The notes: generated by a model not told the origin, from the letters alone. A stretch of DNA of 63,952 bases, filler included, from Octopus bimaculoides (GCF_001194135.2; 5 parts of 5 records of this genome joined end to end with filler, not necessarily neighbours in it), one strand, 5' to 3'. Counted from the whole stretch's first letter, positions 51,222 through 63,190 are shown. Made by a program: numbers and translations.

Positions 51222-53090
51222 AATCTCTATATATATAAAATTCTTTGTCTCTCTGTTTACATGTGCATTTACATACATAAATGCATGCATACATACATAA
51301 ACACATGAACTAACTGTTACTTTCTTAGGTGCATCATGAAGTTTTGTCAGTGAACAGGTTGCAGTTTCAAAGTGACAAAAATATTTTGACACGAATGAAA
51401 TTTAAATGTTGAAATGAAACTAATGGTTTTTGTGTGTTCTTGAATGACTTACAAACATCTTCCATGCTGCAATCTTTCTATTGTCAAAAGTACATTTTAT
51501 ACCATAATGACGACATCACATATTGTATATGATTGTGTGTATGTAAGTGTATGAGTGTGTATATGACTCATAGTATGTGTGTCTTTCCATGTTAGGTAAG
51601 TTATTAAACACACACATCTACACATACATATACATACTTAATGGTACGCTATTAAGAACACACACACACACACATCTACACTTACATATATATATGTGAG
51701 GACTGATGACAAGGACATCACATTTTGTATATGGCTGTGTTTCATCTGTGAATGTATGTATGTGAGTGAATGAGTGTGTATATGTCTCACAATGTGTGTC
51801 TTTCTGCATTAGGTACATTAAGTTGAGGGAACCCGTGGAAGAGGTAGGCCCAGGAAGACCTGGGCTGAGGTGGTGAGGCAAGACCTTCGTACATTGGGCC
51901 TCACCGAGGCGATGACTACGGACCGAGACCTTTGGAAATGGGCTGTGCGTGAGAAGACCCGGCAAGCCAAGTAAGATCGTTGCCAGTGCCCCTGGACTGG
52001 TTCTTGTGCGGGTGGCACATGAGATGCACCATTTTGAGCGTGGCCGTTGCCAGTACCGCCTGACTGGCTCCTGTAGGATTTTCGAGCGAGATCGTTGCCA
52101 GTGCCCCTGNNNNNNNNNNNNNNNNNNNNNNNNNNNNNNNNNNNNNNNNNNNNNNNNNNNNNNNNNNNNNNNNNNNNNNNNNNNNNNNNNNNNNNNNNNN
52201 NNNNNNNNNNNNNNNNNNNNNNNNNNNNNNNNNNNNNNNNNNNNNNNNNNNNNNNNNNNNNNNNNGTGCGGGTGACACGTAAAAGCACCCACTACACTCT
52301 CTGAGTGGTTGGCGTTAGGAAGGGCATCCAGCTGTAGAAACTCTGCCAAATCGGACTGGAGCCTGGTGTTGACATCCGGTTTCACCAGTCCTCAGTCAAA
52401 TCGTCCAACCCATGCTAGCATGGAAAGCGGACGTTAAACGATGATGATGATGATGATGACTATATGTATGAGGGCTGGTTAATGTCAATACGAAATTTTA
52501 TTTTCATTTCGATTAAAACAATATAACATTTCATAGAGTTAATCATTCTATTGTCAATAGGGCATTTTATACCACGATGACGATGACATCACATTTTGTA
52601 TATGACTGTGTATCTGTCTGTGAGTGTATGTCAGGAACATTTTATACCACAATCACAATGATGTCACATTTCGTATGAGTGTATATCTATCTGTGAGTGT
52701 GTGTTAGTTTCGCGTTACATATATTATTAAACATACACACACATCTACACATATATATACATATGTGATGACTGACATGCTTGAATGTATGCAGGTGAGT
52801 TCTAGAGTTGAAACTCTTTCCGCGTTAGGTATGTTATTAAATACACAAACATCTACACATACATATACATATGTAACAGTACGTTATTAAACACACACAC
52901 ACACACACATCTATACATACATATGTCATGACTGAAATGTATGAATGTATCATTTGCTTATATTTCATTAATTTACACTGCATACAAAAATACAGACATA
53001 CTATATACACACTATGTGGTAAGCCACTATGCCTTATTTTTTCAAGTAATTCATTACTACATATTCTCATGTGACTGCATAGGCTCACTT
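51222..53090 (+). repeat. Unclassified element (possibly a non-autonomous Helitron) built of recurring 100-250 bp blocks, interrupted by an RTE insertion
   Basis: Starts TCTCTATATATATAAAA. ACATCACATTTTGTATATG recurs at about 51510, 51715, 52585 and 52660, and TTAGGTA..TTATTAAA.ACACA.ACATCTACAC at about 51590 and 52825. Confidence 0.45.
51822..52458 (+). mobile_element. 5'-truncated RTE-clade LINE (ORF2 C-terminus, 3'UTR, (GAT)n tail)
   Basis: VEGTRGRGRPRKTWAEVVRQDLRTLGLTEAMTTDRDLWKWAVREKTRQAK* (stop at 51972-51974). Terminal stem-loop with perfect palindrome CCATGCTAGCATGG at 52410-52423, then a GAT tail. Confidence 0.85.
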
Positions 53091-53099
53091 TATATTTCT

Positions 53100-55260
53100 T
53101 ATTCTACATCCACACCAGCAATCCAATGTCAACCCTTCACCTTCTGCAACATTTCACTTCCCCGTTGCCGTCTCCCATTGCAGTTCATTTCCAGAATGTA
53201 CCCAATTATGTACAATATATCCATTACACTTTCATTCATTTGACAGTCAACCATAAGATGGGCTGTGTTTGATGCAGCGCTGACCGCCTCAGAGGCGAGT
53301 ATACCCACTGACAGCTTTTCAGTGGGTTCAAAAATTACATAACCCCACACTACCAATATTTCCATGGAATCCTCTAAATGGACGTATTTCAATTTATTTA
53401 TCTACTTACCATCAGACAAAAGGAAAGAAATCTGCGTGATTTCTTGTGAAATTTATGATAGACTGACATTAGAACTTCTAAGCAATGACAGACTATATTC
53501 TGAAGTGACAGATACAACTGCAACCAGGATTGAAGACCAAATTAACCCTGCCTGGACTGATATTTGTAGACAGAGACAACTACACAACAAATACAAGACC
53601 AACTTCATCGCAAAGAACAGTAGATTACCCAGTGTCTACCACCTCATTAAAACACACAAGGATAGTGACACAATCCAGATTAGACCCATCATTGCCAGTG
53701 TGGAAGGACCTCTATATAGAATATCCAGCATGGAAGGACTTCTATATAAAATATCCTGGCTCCCGTCCCACATCCTGAAACCCATACTCTGCACCTTTCC
53801 TGGACACGTCAAGAACTTTGATGAAGTCATCAAAAGACTGTGCCAACTGCCCCCTAACCAACTCAGACAAAACAGATATGCCTTTAGTCTTCATGTTGTC
53901 TGAATGTACACAATGGTACCAGCACAATTGGCAATCAACCTATTGACTGACTGCATAGTAGCATCCAACATCCATTGCTTCAAACTCACCACAGCTGATA
54001 TACATCAACTATTGTATATCACCTACTTCTCTTTCCATGATCAGACCTACAAGCAGACAACAGGTCTTTCCATGGGATCCAGCCACTCAGGCCTACTAGC
54101 CATCACCTATATGAATCATCTGGAACGTCGAACACCCAACATCTGCCACTCGTGCACCTTCTTCAGGTACATAGATGACATCCTCATATTCACATCTTCC
54201 TGTGAAGAGGCCAACAAAATATTCACAATGTTCAACAACACAGACATGAATATACGGTTCACTATAGAACATCCCAACAGCACGGGATCCCTATTGCTGC
54301 TCGACTTCCAACTGAAAATAACGGAAAAAGGAGAGATCCATACTGAGTTCTACAGTGAAGTAGCCTGTAAAGATATGTTTCTTCACTACAATTCAACCTT
54401 CCACTAGGTGACAAAATAGGATATGCCAGAAATGAACTTGCATGCATCCAGAACAAGTGCAACAGGACAGAGGACAAGGTGACCCACACCAAATGCTTCC
54501 TAGAGGTATTGAAAACCAATGGGTACCCTATATCCACTGTAAATCAGCTTAAGTACCTGAGACAACAAACATGCCAAACACACAGAAAACCCAGGAATAC
54601 ATGCTTCCTTAAAATACCCCATTTTATTCAAGGATAACTACAGCCATCTGGAGAGCCATAAGAAGAGAAGGATTAGACATACAACTAGCACACTCCAGCC
54701 CCTCACTGAGAAGGCACCTAGCAAAGAAACAATCAAGGGACAGCAATCAGTGCACACTAGCTAACTGCTCCTTCCATGACACAGATTTATGCCAGTGGGT
54801 ACATGTTGTCTATCAAATCCAATGTAACATGCAACAATTTCTACGTGGGCAGCACACAACAAGGCCAGTACATATTCGCATCAAAGAACATCTAAACACA
54901 CTAGCCTCCTCCTTCAGAAAACACCTAGATAGATGCCAGAACACCCACAAAAACATAACAGTCACAAGGAGGCCTATGACAGAAATTTAAGAAATTTAAG
55001 AATTAAGGAGGCTATCTTCATAGACAGACTAGGGCCTCAAATTAACAACAGGTTGGAAATTAACACTCACTAAACAACATCGACACCCAGCATACATGAT
55101 GATAACATGCTCATATAACAAAACATTATACTAAAAAGAAATGCACAAACAGCGCTACAAATATGCCAACACACATGAGCTCAAGACATGACTACCCTCA
55201 CACACTTCTAATGAGGAATTCCAGAAAGAACTTTGTGAGACCATTACATGAACACTTCCG
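53100..55260 (+). mobile_element. Penelope-like retroelement (second lineage), RT plus GIY-YIG, pseudogenised
   Basis: IRPIIAS, FSLHVV*MYTMVP (SLDVVSxYTNVP with D>H and a stop), YKQTTGLSMGS, FRYIDDI (YIDD at 54168-54179), and VVYQIQC..FYVGST..HIRIKEH GIY-YIG at about 54805-54890. Confidence 0.9.
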
Positions 55261-55446
55261 ACAGATTTCAGCAACCATTAGAGGAATAAGAAAACCAACT
55301 ATAACAGTGACTGCATTACTTCCTAGCAATCTCTAAAGAAGAAATTTTTATATTCTAAAATATTAGACTATGAATAATTAAATTATTTCTAACAATTATT
55401 ATAGTCCACTCTGCATTGTTATACCATTCCAGACACATTACACTTC

Positions 55447-55483
<37 letters not shown>

Positions 55484-55944
55484 CATATNNNNNNNNNNNN
55501 NNNNNNNNNNNNNNNNNNNNNNNNNNNNNNNNNNNNNNNNNNNNNNNNNNNNNNNNNNNNNNNNNNNNNNNNNNNNNNNNNNNNNNNNNNNNNNNNNNNN
55601 NNNNNNNNNNNNNNNNNNNNNNNNNNNNNNNNNNNNNNNNNNNNNNNNNNNNNNNNNNNNNNNNNNNNNNNNNNNNNNNNNNNNNNNNNNNNNNNNNNNN
55701 NNNNNNNNNNNNNNNNNNNNNNNNNNNNNNNNNNNNNNNNNNNNNNNNNNNNNNNNNNNNNNNNNNNNNNNNNNNNNNNNNNNNNNNNNNNNNNNNNNNN
55801 NNNNNNNNNNNNNNNNNNNNNNNNNNNNNNNNNNNNNNNNNNNNNNNNNNNNNNNNNNNNNNNNNNNNNNNNCTGGCAATATGACCATCCCCAAGTACAA
55901 CAACATCTGTTTCAACACACGATTTCACATCAAAAATCTTGCAA

Positions 55945-56014
<70 letters not shown>

Positions 56015-56164
56015 CAGACATATTTATAGACACCTATGGATGTGCACACATATACATATGTGTGTGTGTGTGTGTGTCCATGAGTAAATGTGCATGTATG
56101 CACTTTTTTTTAGAGCAATGAAATCAGTAAAATATGTTAAAAGCAGGGGAGATAAAATATTTGT

Positions 56165-56535
56165 GGGCAATGAAAAATTTTATGGTGGTCCCAGTTGTAG
56201 ATGGGATGCTTGATAATGTGAGCACAAGAGTTGAAAACTATTCAAAAAGAATTGGGGACAACATAAGAGTGGAGTATTATAGAAAACACTCCTAGGAACT
56301 GCTAAAATACTTAATGAAGTGCCTGGCAATTGGAAGTGCCATCCCAGTCCACTGGTTGTGGACAGCTGGCACTTGTATTACATCACCAGCAAAAAATATT
56401 GTGCAACAATCGGAATAACAATAATAATAATAATCCAGAATTATCTGCAGAACTTGAAGTAACCACCAATAAGAAGGGAAAGAAATTCCTAATAATAGAT
56501 GTGGAAATGCCAGAGAATAGCATCCTCAAAAGTTC
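56165..56535 (+). mobile_element. R4/Dong-like LINE 3' end with (AAT)n tail, followed by an RLE-domain fragment
   Basis: VVPVVDGMLDNVSTRVENYSKRIG..KTLLGTAKIL, an AAT tail at about 56415-56432, then KKFLIIDVEMP. Confidence 0.6.
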
Positions 56536-57439
56536 CATTGTCTGAACTGGAATTGAGAGATAATATCTATTAAGCAGAAATAGGTACATTGATCTGAGAA
56601 GACACTGGCCTCCTAAGGCTGACACTTTTTTAAATTCTTTTTTTTAAATTAAAGCAAGATTATATACAACTGAAACAGAATTACCTGCTCTTAAAAAGCC
56701 ACTAATTCAACTGTCCCTCCCTTGAACCCACTGAGCCCTAAATACAGTATTACATTTCAGCCTCCTCTAATACTGCCATTCACTTTTACACACATACACA
56801 ATAACAGTATATATGGTGTTTGTGTAAAGGGAGAAACTTTTCATAACTTGTATATTAGAATCTCTCCACCATAATAACAAATAAAAGTAAAAAACATATT
56901 TAAATCATTAGAGCTTACTTTAGAATTTAAGGAGGAATTTAATTTTGTCTTCATGCCATCTGTCAGCCACTCTTGAATTAAGTCAAGTAAACCTTTCATC
57001 TGCCCCCAAGAACAAGTCGTCTGAATTAGTGCTGAAAAGTCTTCCTTTACGGAATCTGTATCATTTAATTTCTGTAGTTTAGATAGACACTGGTGGCTGC
57101 AAGAAAACAGAGAAAAATAAGAGCTATTTTAATTGAAGAAACAGGATTAACCTTTTTTTTTTTTTTCTTTATTAAATACTCAATTCATCATACTAGAAAA
57201 ATAAAAAGCGAAACCAATATTAACTTTTGTACAGTAGTTTTGTCCCATCTGGAAATTAATTTTTTTTTTAAGTGTAAAGCAGATTTCAGATATCATTCTC
57301 TAATTTCTCGATTGTGTTTAATACTAAACATTGTGCCACCCCTTGATAAGAACAATTTAAAGAGGAGTTTTTACAATTATTTCAGGCATGATCTATGATT
57401 GGAAAATAATATTTTTGAGGTCATTAATAGATATTCAAC

Positions 57440-58515
57440 TATTATCTATAGTCAGTCATCATGACTATAATTGTTCATGAATTTGGCATAACTGGCCAGT
57501 CTTTCACTTGGGTTTGCCATTTATTATGATCAATTCGTTTTTGCATTATCTTTGAATTTCAGCCAAGGTCTTCCATGGTTTCTTTTCCCCTTGCATAGTT
57601 GGCAGTAAAGTCTGTTGTTGTCATTCCTGTCTACATGATCCAACCCACATAAATTTCTATAAATGAAGATTTCCAACATAGGGGGCAGACCAGCACACCA
57701 CAGCATCTCTTCATTCTTTATCTTGTCAAACAGAGTGATATTTATAATTTGTCGCAGCTGTCATTATATAAGCATGTCTACTTCAGCTTTGTAGACTGCC
57801 ATGGTTTCAACTCCATACAGCAGGGAAGAAAGCACTATAGCTTGGAATACCTTACATTTGACGTGTATAGAAACATGCCTATACTTCCACAGTCTCTCCT
57901 GCTGCTTCCCAAACGAAGTACTAGCTCTGCTCATACTGTATGTGACTTCCTGGTTCAGTTGTGCATTAACTGAGATGGTACTAATTAGATATTTGAATGC
58001 TTTGCACTGGGTCAGCCTTTCATGTGTAATAGTGATGTTTTCATAGACTTCACAAAGGCTTTTGTTACAGTATCCTGTAATGGACTTTGGGTGGTTCTTA
58101 AGAAACATGGATGTCCTCAAAGGTATATCAACTTAGAAAGGTCCCTGCATGGAGGAATGCAGGCATTTGTAATGTGAGATAGCAATACCTCAAGTGAGTT
58201 TGTATTGACAAAATGGAGATAAACAAGTTGTACATGTCCAGCAGTAAACTCCCTTTATCTCACAGCAATGTTGGAAGTTGCCTTTGAGGAAATTGGAGGG
58301 GGATTTACATCAAGCACACTACAAAGGCCCTAGTGCAAGAGATGATGTTCACTGAATATAGTGCACTGGTTGTCCAGAGCACCACTGAAGATATACAGAA
58401 ACTGGTAGATAGCTTTGCCAGAGCTGCAGAACAGTTCAGCTTAAAGGTTAGCATCAGAAAAACCAAATGCCTTTACCAACCTGTGAAGAACCTAACTGCC
58501 CATGTAACAGACATT
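57440..58515 (-). mobile_element. RTE (BovB-like) LINE: 3' part on the minus strand (57440-58036) plus an inverted upstream part on the plus strand (58037-58515)
   Basis: Minus: ITITHERLTQCKAFKYLISTIS..LLYGVET..GKRNHGRPWLKFKD. Plus: VFIDFTKAFVTV..EMMFTEYSAL..YQPVKNLTAHVTDI. Confidence 0.85.
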
Positions 58516-59138
58516 TAACTAAGAAATCACAGAAGGAAATAGTGAACCAAATTTGGTCAGTAAGTCCCTAAATGCCTGAAGTTTTCTTCAGATTCCTTGA
58601 AAAACTACAAAATTTTATGAAAATGTAGTTAATTCAGAATAAAAATATAACGGCTGCATAAATTTGAATGGAAGTTGGTAACAGAATGTAACCAGAATGT
58701 AGTGAGTATTAGCATTATGAAGGTGGTTTTTATACAGTTGGTGAATTTCACTGGTTGTTTTTAAATGTAAATAATTGAAGGTTCAACATGATTGAAATAA
58801 GTAAAAATAAAGTTTCAGGAGTGATGCAAAAACAGCCAGGAGTAGAAGTCAGTTGAAGTCAACTGAGATCTATATCATACCTCATACGAGCAAGGTAGCT
58901 CATAATATAGCCTTGTTGTAGATGCAGTGTGGCATCTATCCTGTATTCAGAGAGGTAGGGTTGTTGGAAAGAGACAGGATTTAAGAATTAATGAAAATGT
59001 AATAATGTAGTCATAATTTGTTAATCATGTCAATTGCTGCATATCATAAATTCAAGTGAAATGTAACTTTATTCAGTTTATCCTGTTATAAAAAGCAGGA
59101 AAAAAATTCAATAAAAGAGGCAATGTGAAGAATAATCA

Positions 59139-59437
59139 CATCATCATCATCATCAACATCTGTTGTCCATGCTGGCATAGGTTGGACAGTTTGACCAGGG
59201 TTGGCAAGCTGAGGGGATGCATCAGATTCCAGTCTGATTTGGCATGGTTTCTATGGCTGGGTGCCCTTCCTAATACCAACCACTCCAAGAGTGTAATGGG
59301 CTCTTTTATGTACCACCAGCAAGGGTGCCAGTAGCATGACAGCAGTATCTACCATGACTACGATTTCACTTGGCTTGATGGGTCTTTTTCTGAAGCATGG
59401 AATATTGCCAAAGGTCTCGGTCATTTGTCATTGCCTG
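59139..59437 (-). mobile_element. RTE LINE 3' tail fragment (same family as 51822-52458)
   Basis: (CAT)n followed by the reverse complement of the family 3'UTR (GGGTGCCCTTCCTAATACCAACCACTC). Confidence 0.75.
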
Positions 59438-59620
59438 GATAACAAAAGATACAAAATTAGAGGAGATTATGGACAAAAAGATTAAATCACCTGAGATATG
59501 GTACTAATTTAGGAGGCAGTTTCCCTGCAATTATGATTAATGCTGACCTCAGCTGAGAATCCTACAAAATACAATACAGAAAACTACATTGGTTTTATGA
59601 GTTTCCGGGTAGCCTATAAT

Positions 59621-60886
59621 TTAAGTTGGCCAAAAAGTTTGCTTGCTTTTTTTTTTTATTATGGGATTACTCAGGCAAATGTAATGATTATTGATTCACA
59701 TTCTTTTGAATTAATCGTGCATTATCTTGTAGCTTTGAAATTTTGATGATGTGATTGTTTATTTTTAGAATGACAATATGTAGGATAGGTGTGAGAGGTT
59801 GAATCTAGCCAATGAGGACATAAAACAGCTGGAATATTTGGGCCTGATACGCCCAGTTTAAATACTAAAGAGTTAAAGTTATTTATTCAATCAATGCTAT
59901 AATTGCCATTTAGTTTCAGTATTTTCTGCCTTCTTGGAGGTGGATCTTCTGCTCAAAAAATTTCCTCTCTTTAATGGCAAAGAATTTCTACAGGCAAAAT
60001 TTTAAGACCCTCTTCGGAGCTGAATGTCTGTCCTTTCAATGAATTTTGATGAATCTGCAACAGGTGGAAATCTGAAGGCACAAAGTTGAGCAAATATTTA
60101 AGAGATGAAACTTCTTAGCCAAGCCTCAGTAACATCAGCTGCATCTGCAAAGAAGTGTGCAGTTTGGCATTGTTGTGATGAAAGACAATACCCTTATGAT
60201 TAGCAAGTTATAGATGCTTTTGGTGGATTACTGTATTTAAACTGATAAGGGAAGAAGCTTGTAAAAGACATTCTCCTAATCCTGCCAAAATGAAAGCAGA
60301 ACCTTGTTTGGGTTGAAGTCCTGCTTTACACTTCACATTGTCATAGATGATCTATTTTTTGCCTTGTCACTATTCTCTGCAAAATAGGATCCTTTTCTTC
60401 ATGCATCAGCAACAAATCACAGATATTTTTTGAGTTATGTTCTTCTCATTCAATTGATGTGGGTACCAAACATCAAATCTACTGGTGTAACTAAGTTGAT
60501 GCAGATGATTTTCAACACTTGATTTGTATATCTGTAGAATATCTGCAATCCTCCTAGTCAATAACTTTGTTGCCGTTAATCTCAGTTAACCAGCCAGAGT
60601 GAGGAGAATCTTGAATGGAAAAATTTCCTGATTGAAATCTTGAAAACCACTTCTGGCACATGTTTCGTAGCAGCTTCCTCTCCAGACACAGTATCTATCT
60701 TTCTGCATATTTTCACTGCTTTCTTGCATTTCTTAAAATATAAAAGCATGCCATGTTGATATTGTCTGTTTCTAATAAGGTATCTAATAAGCATGTATGC
60801 ACAAAGTAAAAAAGTGAATGAGGTCTGATATGTAACAAGTACACATATACACTGGAAAAATTGAACAAACTTTTTGGCCAGCCAAA
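59621..60886 (-). mobile_element. Near full-length degenerate mariner (Mos1/mellifera-like) with both ITRs
   Basis: ITRs TTAAGTTGGCCAAAAAGTTTG (59621) and CAAACTTTTTGGCCAGCCAAA|TA (60886). Minus frames read RFDVWYPHQLNEKN, DPILQRIVT, FHHNNAKLHTS and VPSDFHL. Confidence 0.8.
59655..59877. mobile_element. About 220-bp MITE-like repeat nested in the mariner
   Basis: Non-mariner sequence just inside the ITR, ending TTTAAATACTAAAGAGTTAA; it resembles a common octopus repeat recalled from memory. Confidence 0.45.
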
Positions 60887-61235
60887 TATTACAATTAGCA
60901 AATCTGACATTTATATAGGAAAAGCAGTTACCTTAAATTCTCTCATCATTATAGAAAGTGCTTTAGAAAATATTTTATCCAACTTCTCTTTTAATACATG
61001 GTTGGTAGTCTATAAAAATACATTCAAATACATTTTTAATTTTTTAATATTAAACACTGAAGATAAAAATGTTATAACCATTGAGTATTTTCTAAAAATA
61101 TCAACTCTTTTCATGAAGTAATCAAGAATAAGTCGGCCTAGCAGAATACACCCTTATCAAACTACATTTATATTTTAAGGATCAGTAATGATTACCTGCA
61201 AAAGCTTGATGATGAGATTGATATAGTAGCTAAAT

Positions 61236-62798
61236 TCCACTTGTGAAGACCTGTTGAGGCAAGTGAAATCGAAATCGAGTTAAATTAAAATTGGACACTA
61301 AATCCCACTTGCGAAGACCTGTTGAGGCAAGTGAAATAGAAATAGATTGTTGCCGTGCCCCTGAACTGGTTTTGTGCGGGGACGTCATGGGATTTTCGAG
61401 CGAGATCGTTGCCAGTGCTCCTGGACTGGCCCATGTGCAGGCAACACATGAAATCTTTCGAGGGAGATCGTTGCCAGTGCTCCTGGACTGGCCCATGTGC
61501 AGGCAACACATGAAATCTTTCGAGCGGGATCGTTTGCCAGTACCCCTGAACTGGCTCATGTGCGGGCNNNNNNNNNNNNNNNNNNNNNNNNNNNNNNNNN
61601 NNNNNNNNNNNNNNNNNNNNNNNNNNNNNNNNNNNNNNNNNNNNNNNNNNNNNNNNNNNNNNNNNNNNNNNNNNNNNNNNNNNNNNNNNNNNNNNNNNNN
61701 NNNNNNNNNNNNNNNNNNNNNNNNNNNNNNNNNNNNNNNNNNNNNNNNNNNNNNNNNNNNNNNNNNNNNNNNNNNNNNNNNNNNNNNNNNNNNNNNNNNN
61801 NNNNNNNNNNNNNNNNNNNNNNNNNNNNNNNNNNNNNNNNNNNNNNNNNNNNNNNNNNNNNNNNNNNNNNNNNNNNNNNNNNNNNNNNNNNNNNNNNNNN
61901 NNNNNNNNNNNNNNNNNNNNNNNNNNNNNNNNNNNNNNNNNNNNNNNNNNNNNNNNNNNNNNNNNNNNNNNNNNNNNNNNNNNNNNNNNNNNNNNNNNNN
62001 NNNNNNNNNNNNNNNNNNNNNNNNNNNNNNNNNNNNNNNNNNNNNNNNNNNNNNNNNNNNNNNNNNNNNNNNNNNNNNNNNNNNNNNNNNNNNNNNNNNN
62101 NNNNNNNNNNNNNNNNNNNNNNNNNNNNNNNNNNNNNNNNNNNNNNNNNNNNNNNNNNNNNNNNNNNNNNNNNNNNNNNNNNNNNNNNNNNNNNNNNNNN
62201 NNNNNNNNNNNNNNNNNNNNNNNNNNNNNNNNNNNNNNNNNNNNNNNNNNNNNNNNNNNNNNNNNNNNNNNNNNNNNNNNNNNNNNNNNNNNNNNNNNNN
62301 NNNNNNNNNNNNNNNNNNNNNNNNNNNNNNNNNNNNNNNNNNNNNNNNNNNNNNNNNNNNNNNNNNNNNNNNNNNNNNNNNNNNNNNNNNNNNNNNNNNN
62401 NNNNNNNNNCGGCTGACACATGAAATGTTTCGAGCAGGATCGTTGCCAGTGCCCCTGGACTGGCTCATGTGCGGGCGACACATGAAATCTTTCGAGCGGG
62501 ATCGTTTGCCAGTGCCTCTGGACTGGCTCATGTGCGGGCGACACATGATATCTTTCGTGCGTGATCGTTGCCAGTGCCCCTGGACCGGTTCTTGTGCGGG
62601 TAACACATGAGGTTTTTTCGAGTGAGATCGTTGCCGGTGCCCCTGGACTGGCTCATGTGCGGGTGACACATGAAATCTTTCGAGCGGGATCGTTGCCAGT
62701 CCCCCTGGACTGGCTCATGTGCGGGCGACACATGAAATCTTTCGAGCGGGATCGATGCCAGTACCCCTGGACTGGCTCATGTGCAGGCGACACATGAA
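61236..62798 (+). repeat. 62-bp minisatellite array expanded from an RTE LINE 3'UTR, preceded by a 67-bp duplication
   Basis: GATCG anchors at 61404, 61466, 61528, (gap), 62438, 62500, 62563, 62626, 62688 and 62750. The same unit occurs in the RTE 3'UTR at 51975-52109. Confidence 0.9.
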
Positions 62799-62842
62799 NN
62801 NNNNNNNNNNNNNNNNNNNNNNNNNNNNNNNNNNNNNNNNNN

Positions 62843-62854
62843 TTAATTAATTAA
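62843..62854. other. Artificial scaffolding linker TTAATTAATTAA
   Basis: Centred in a 100-bp gap. Confidence 0.9.
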
Positions 62855-63024
62855 NNNNNNNNNNNNNNNNNNNNNNNNNNNNNNNNNNNNNNNNNNNNAT
62901 ATATATATATATATATATACATATATATGACTTTCTGTATGTGTATTAAAATTTTGATAATGCTCGTATTTTAGGTATATAGTATATTACAAAGTTAATA
63001 GCTTCATTAGAATTAAAGGAGCGA

Positions 63025-63190
63025 GGGCACATATATCCCACTCCTCATTCCCACGAAGACGGGACGTCGGTCCTTTTTAGGAATAATCAATTTTGCCAGC
63101 TGACTGGACCGGGACAACGCATCACCCACTCCAGGAATCGAATCACAATCTTAGTCCAGCACCTTAACCACAAGGTCACGTGCCTCTCTC
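63025..63190 (-). mobile_element. Third tRNA-derived SINE family, degenerate; related fragments at about 10190-10238 and 29825-29880
   Basis: Minus head GAGGCACGTGACCTTGTGGTTAAGGTGCTGGAC..GTGATTCGATTCCTGG with A and B boxes. Confidence 0.6.

Noticed and set aside
61236-62798. Regular repeat array as a possible CRISPR
   Set aside because: Contiguous units without unique spacers, a eukaryotic context, and no cas genes.
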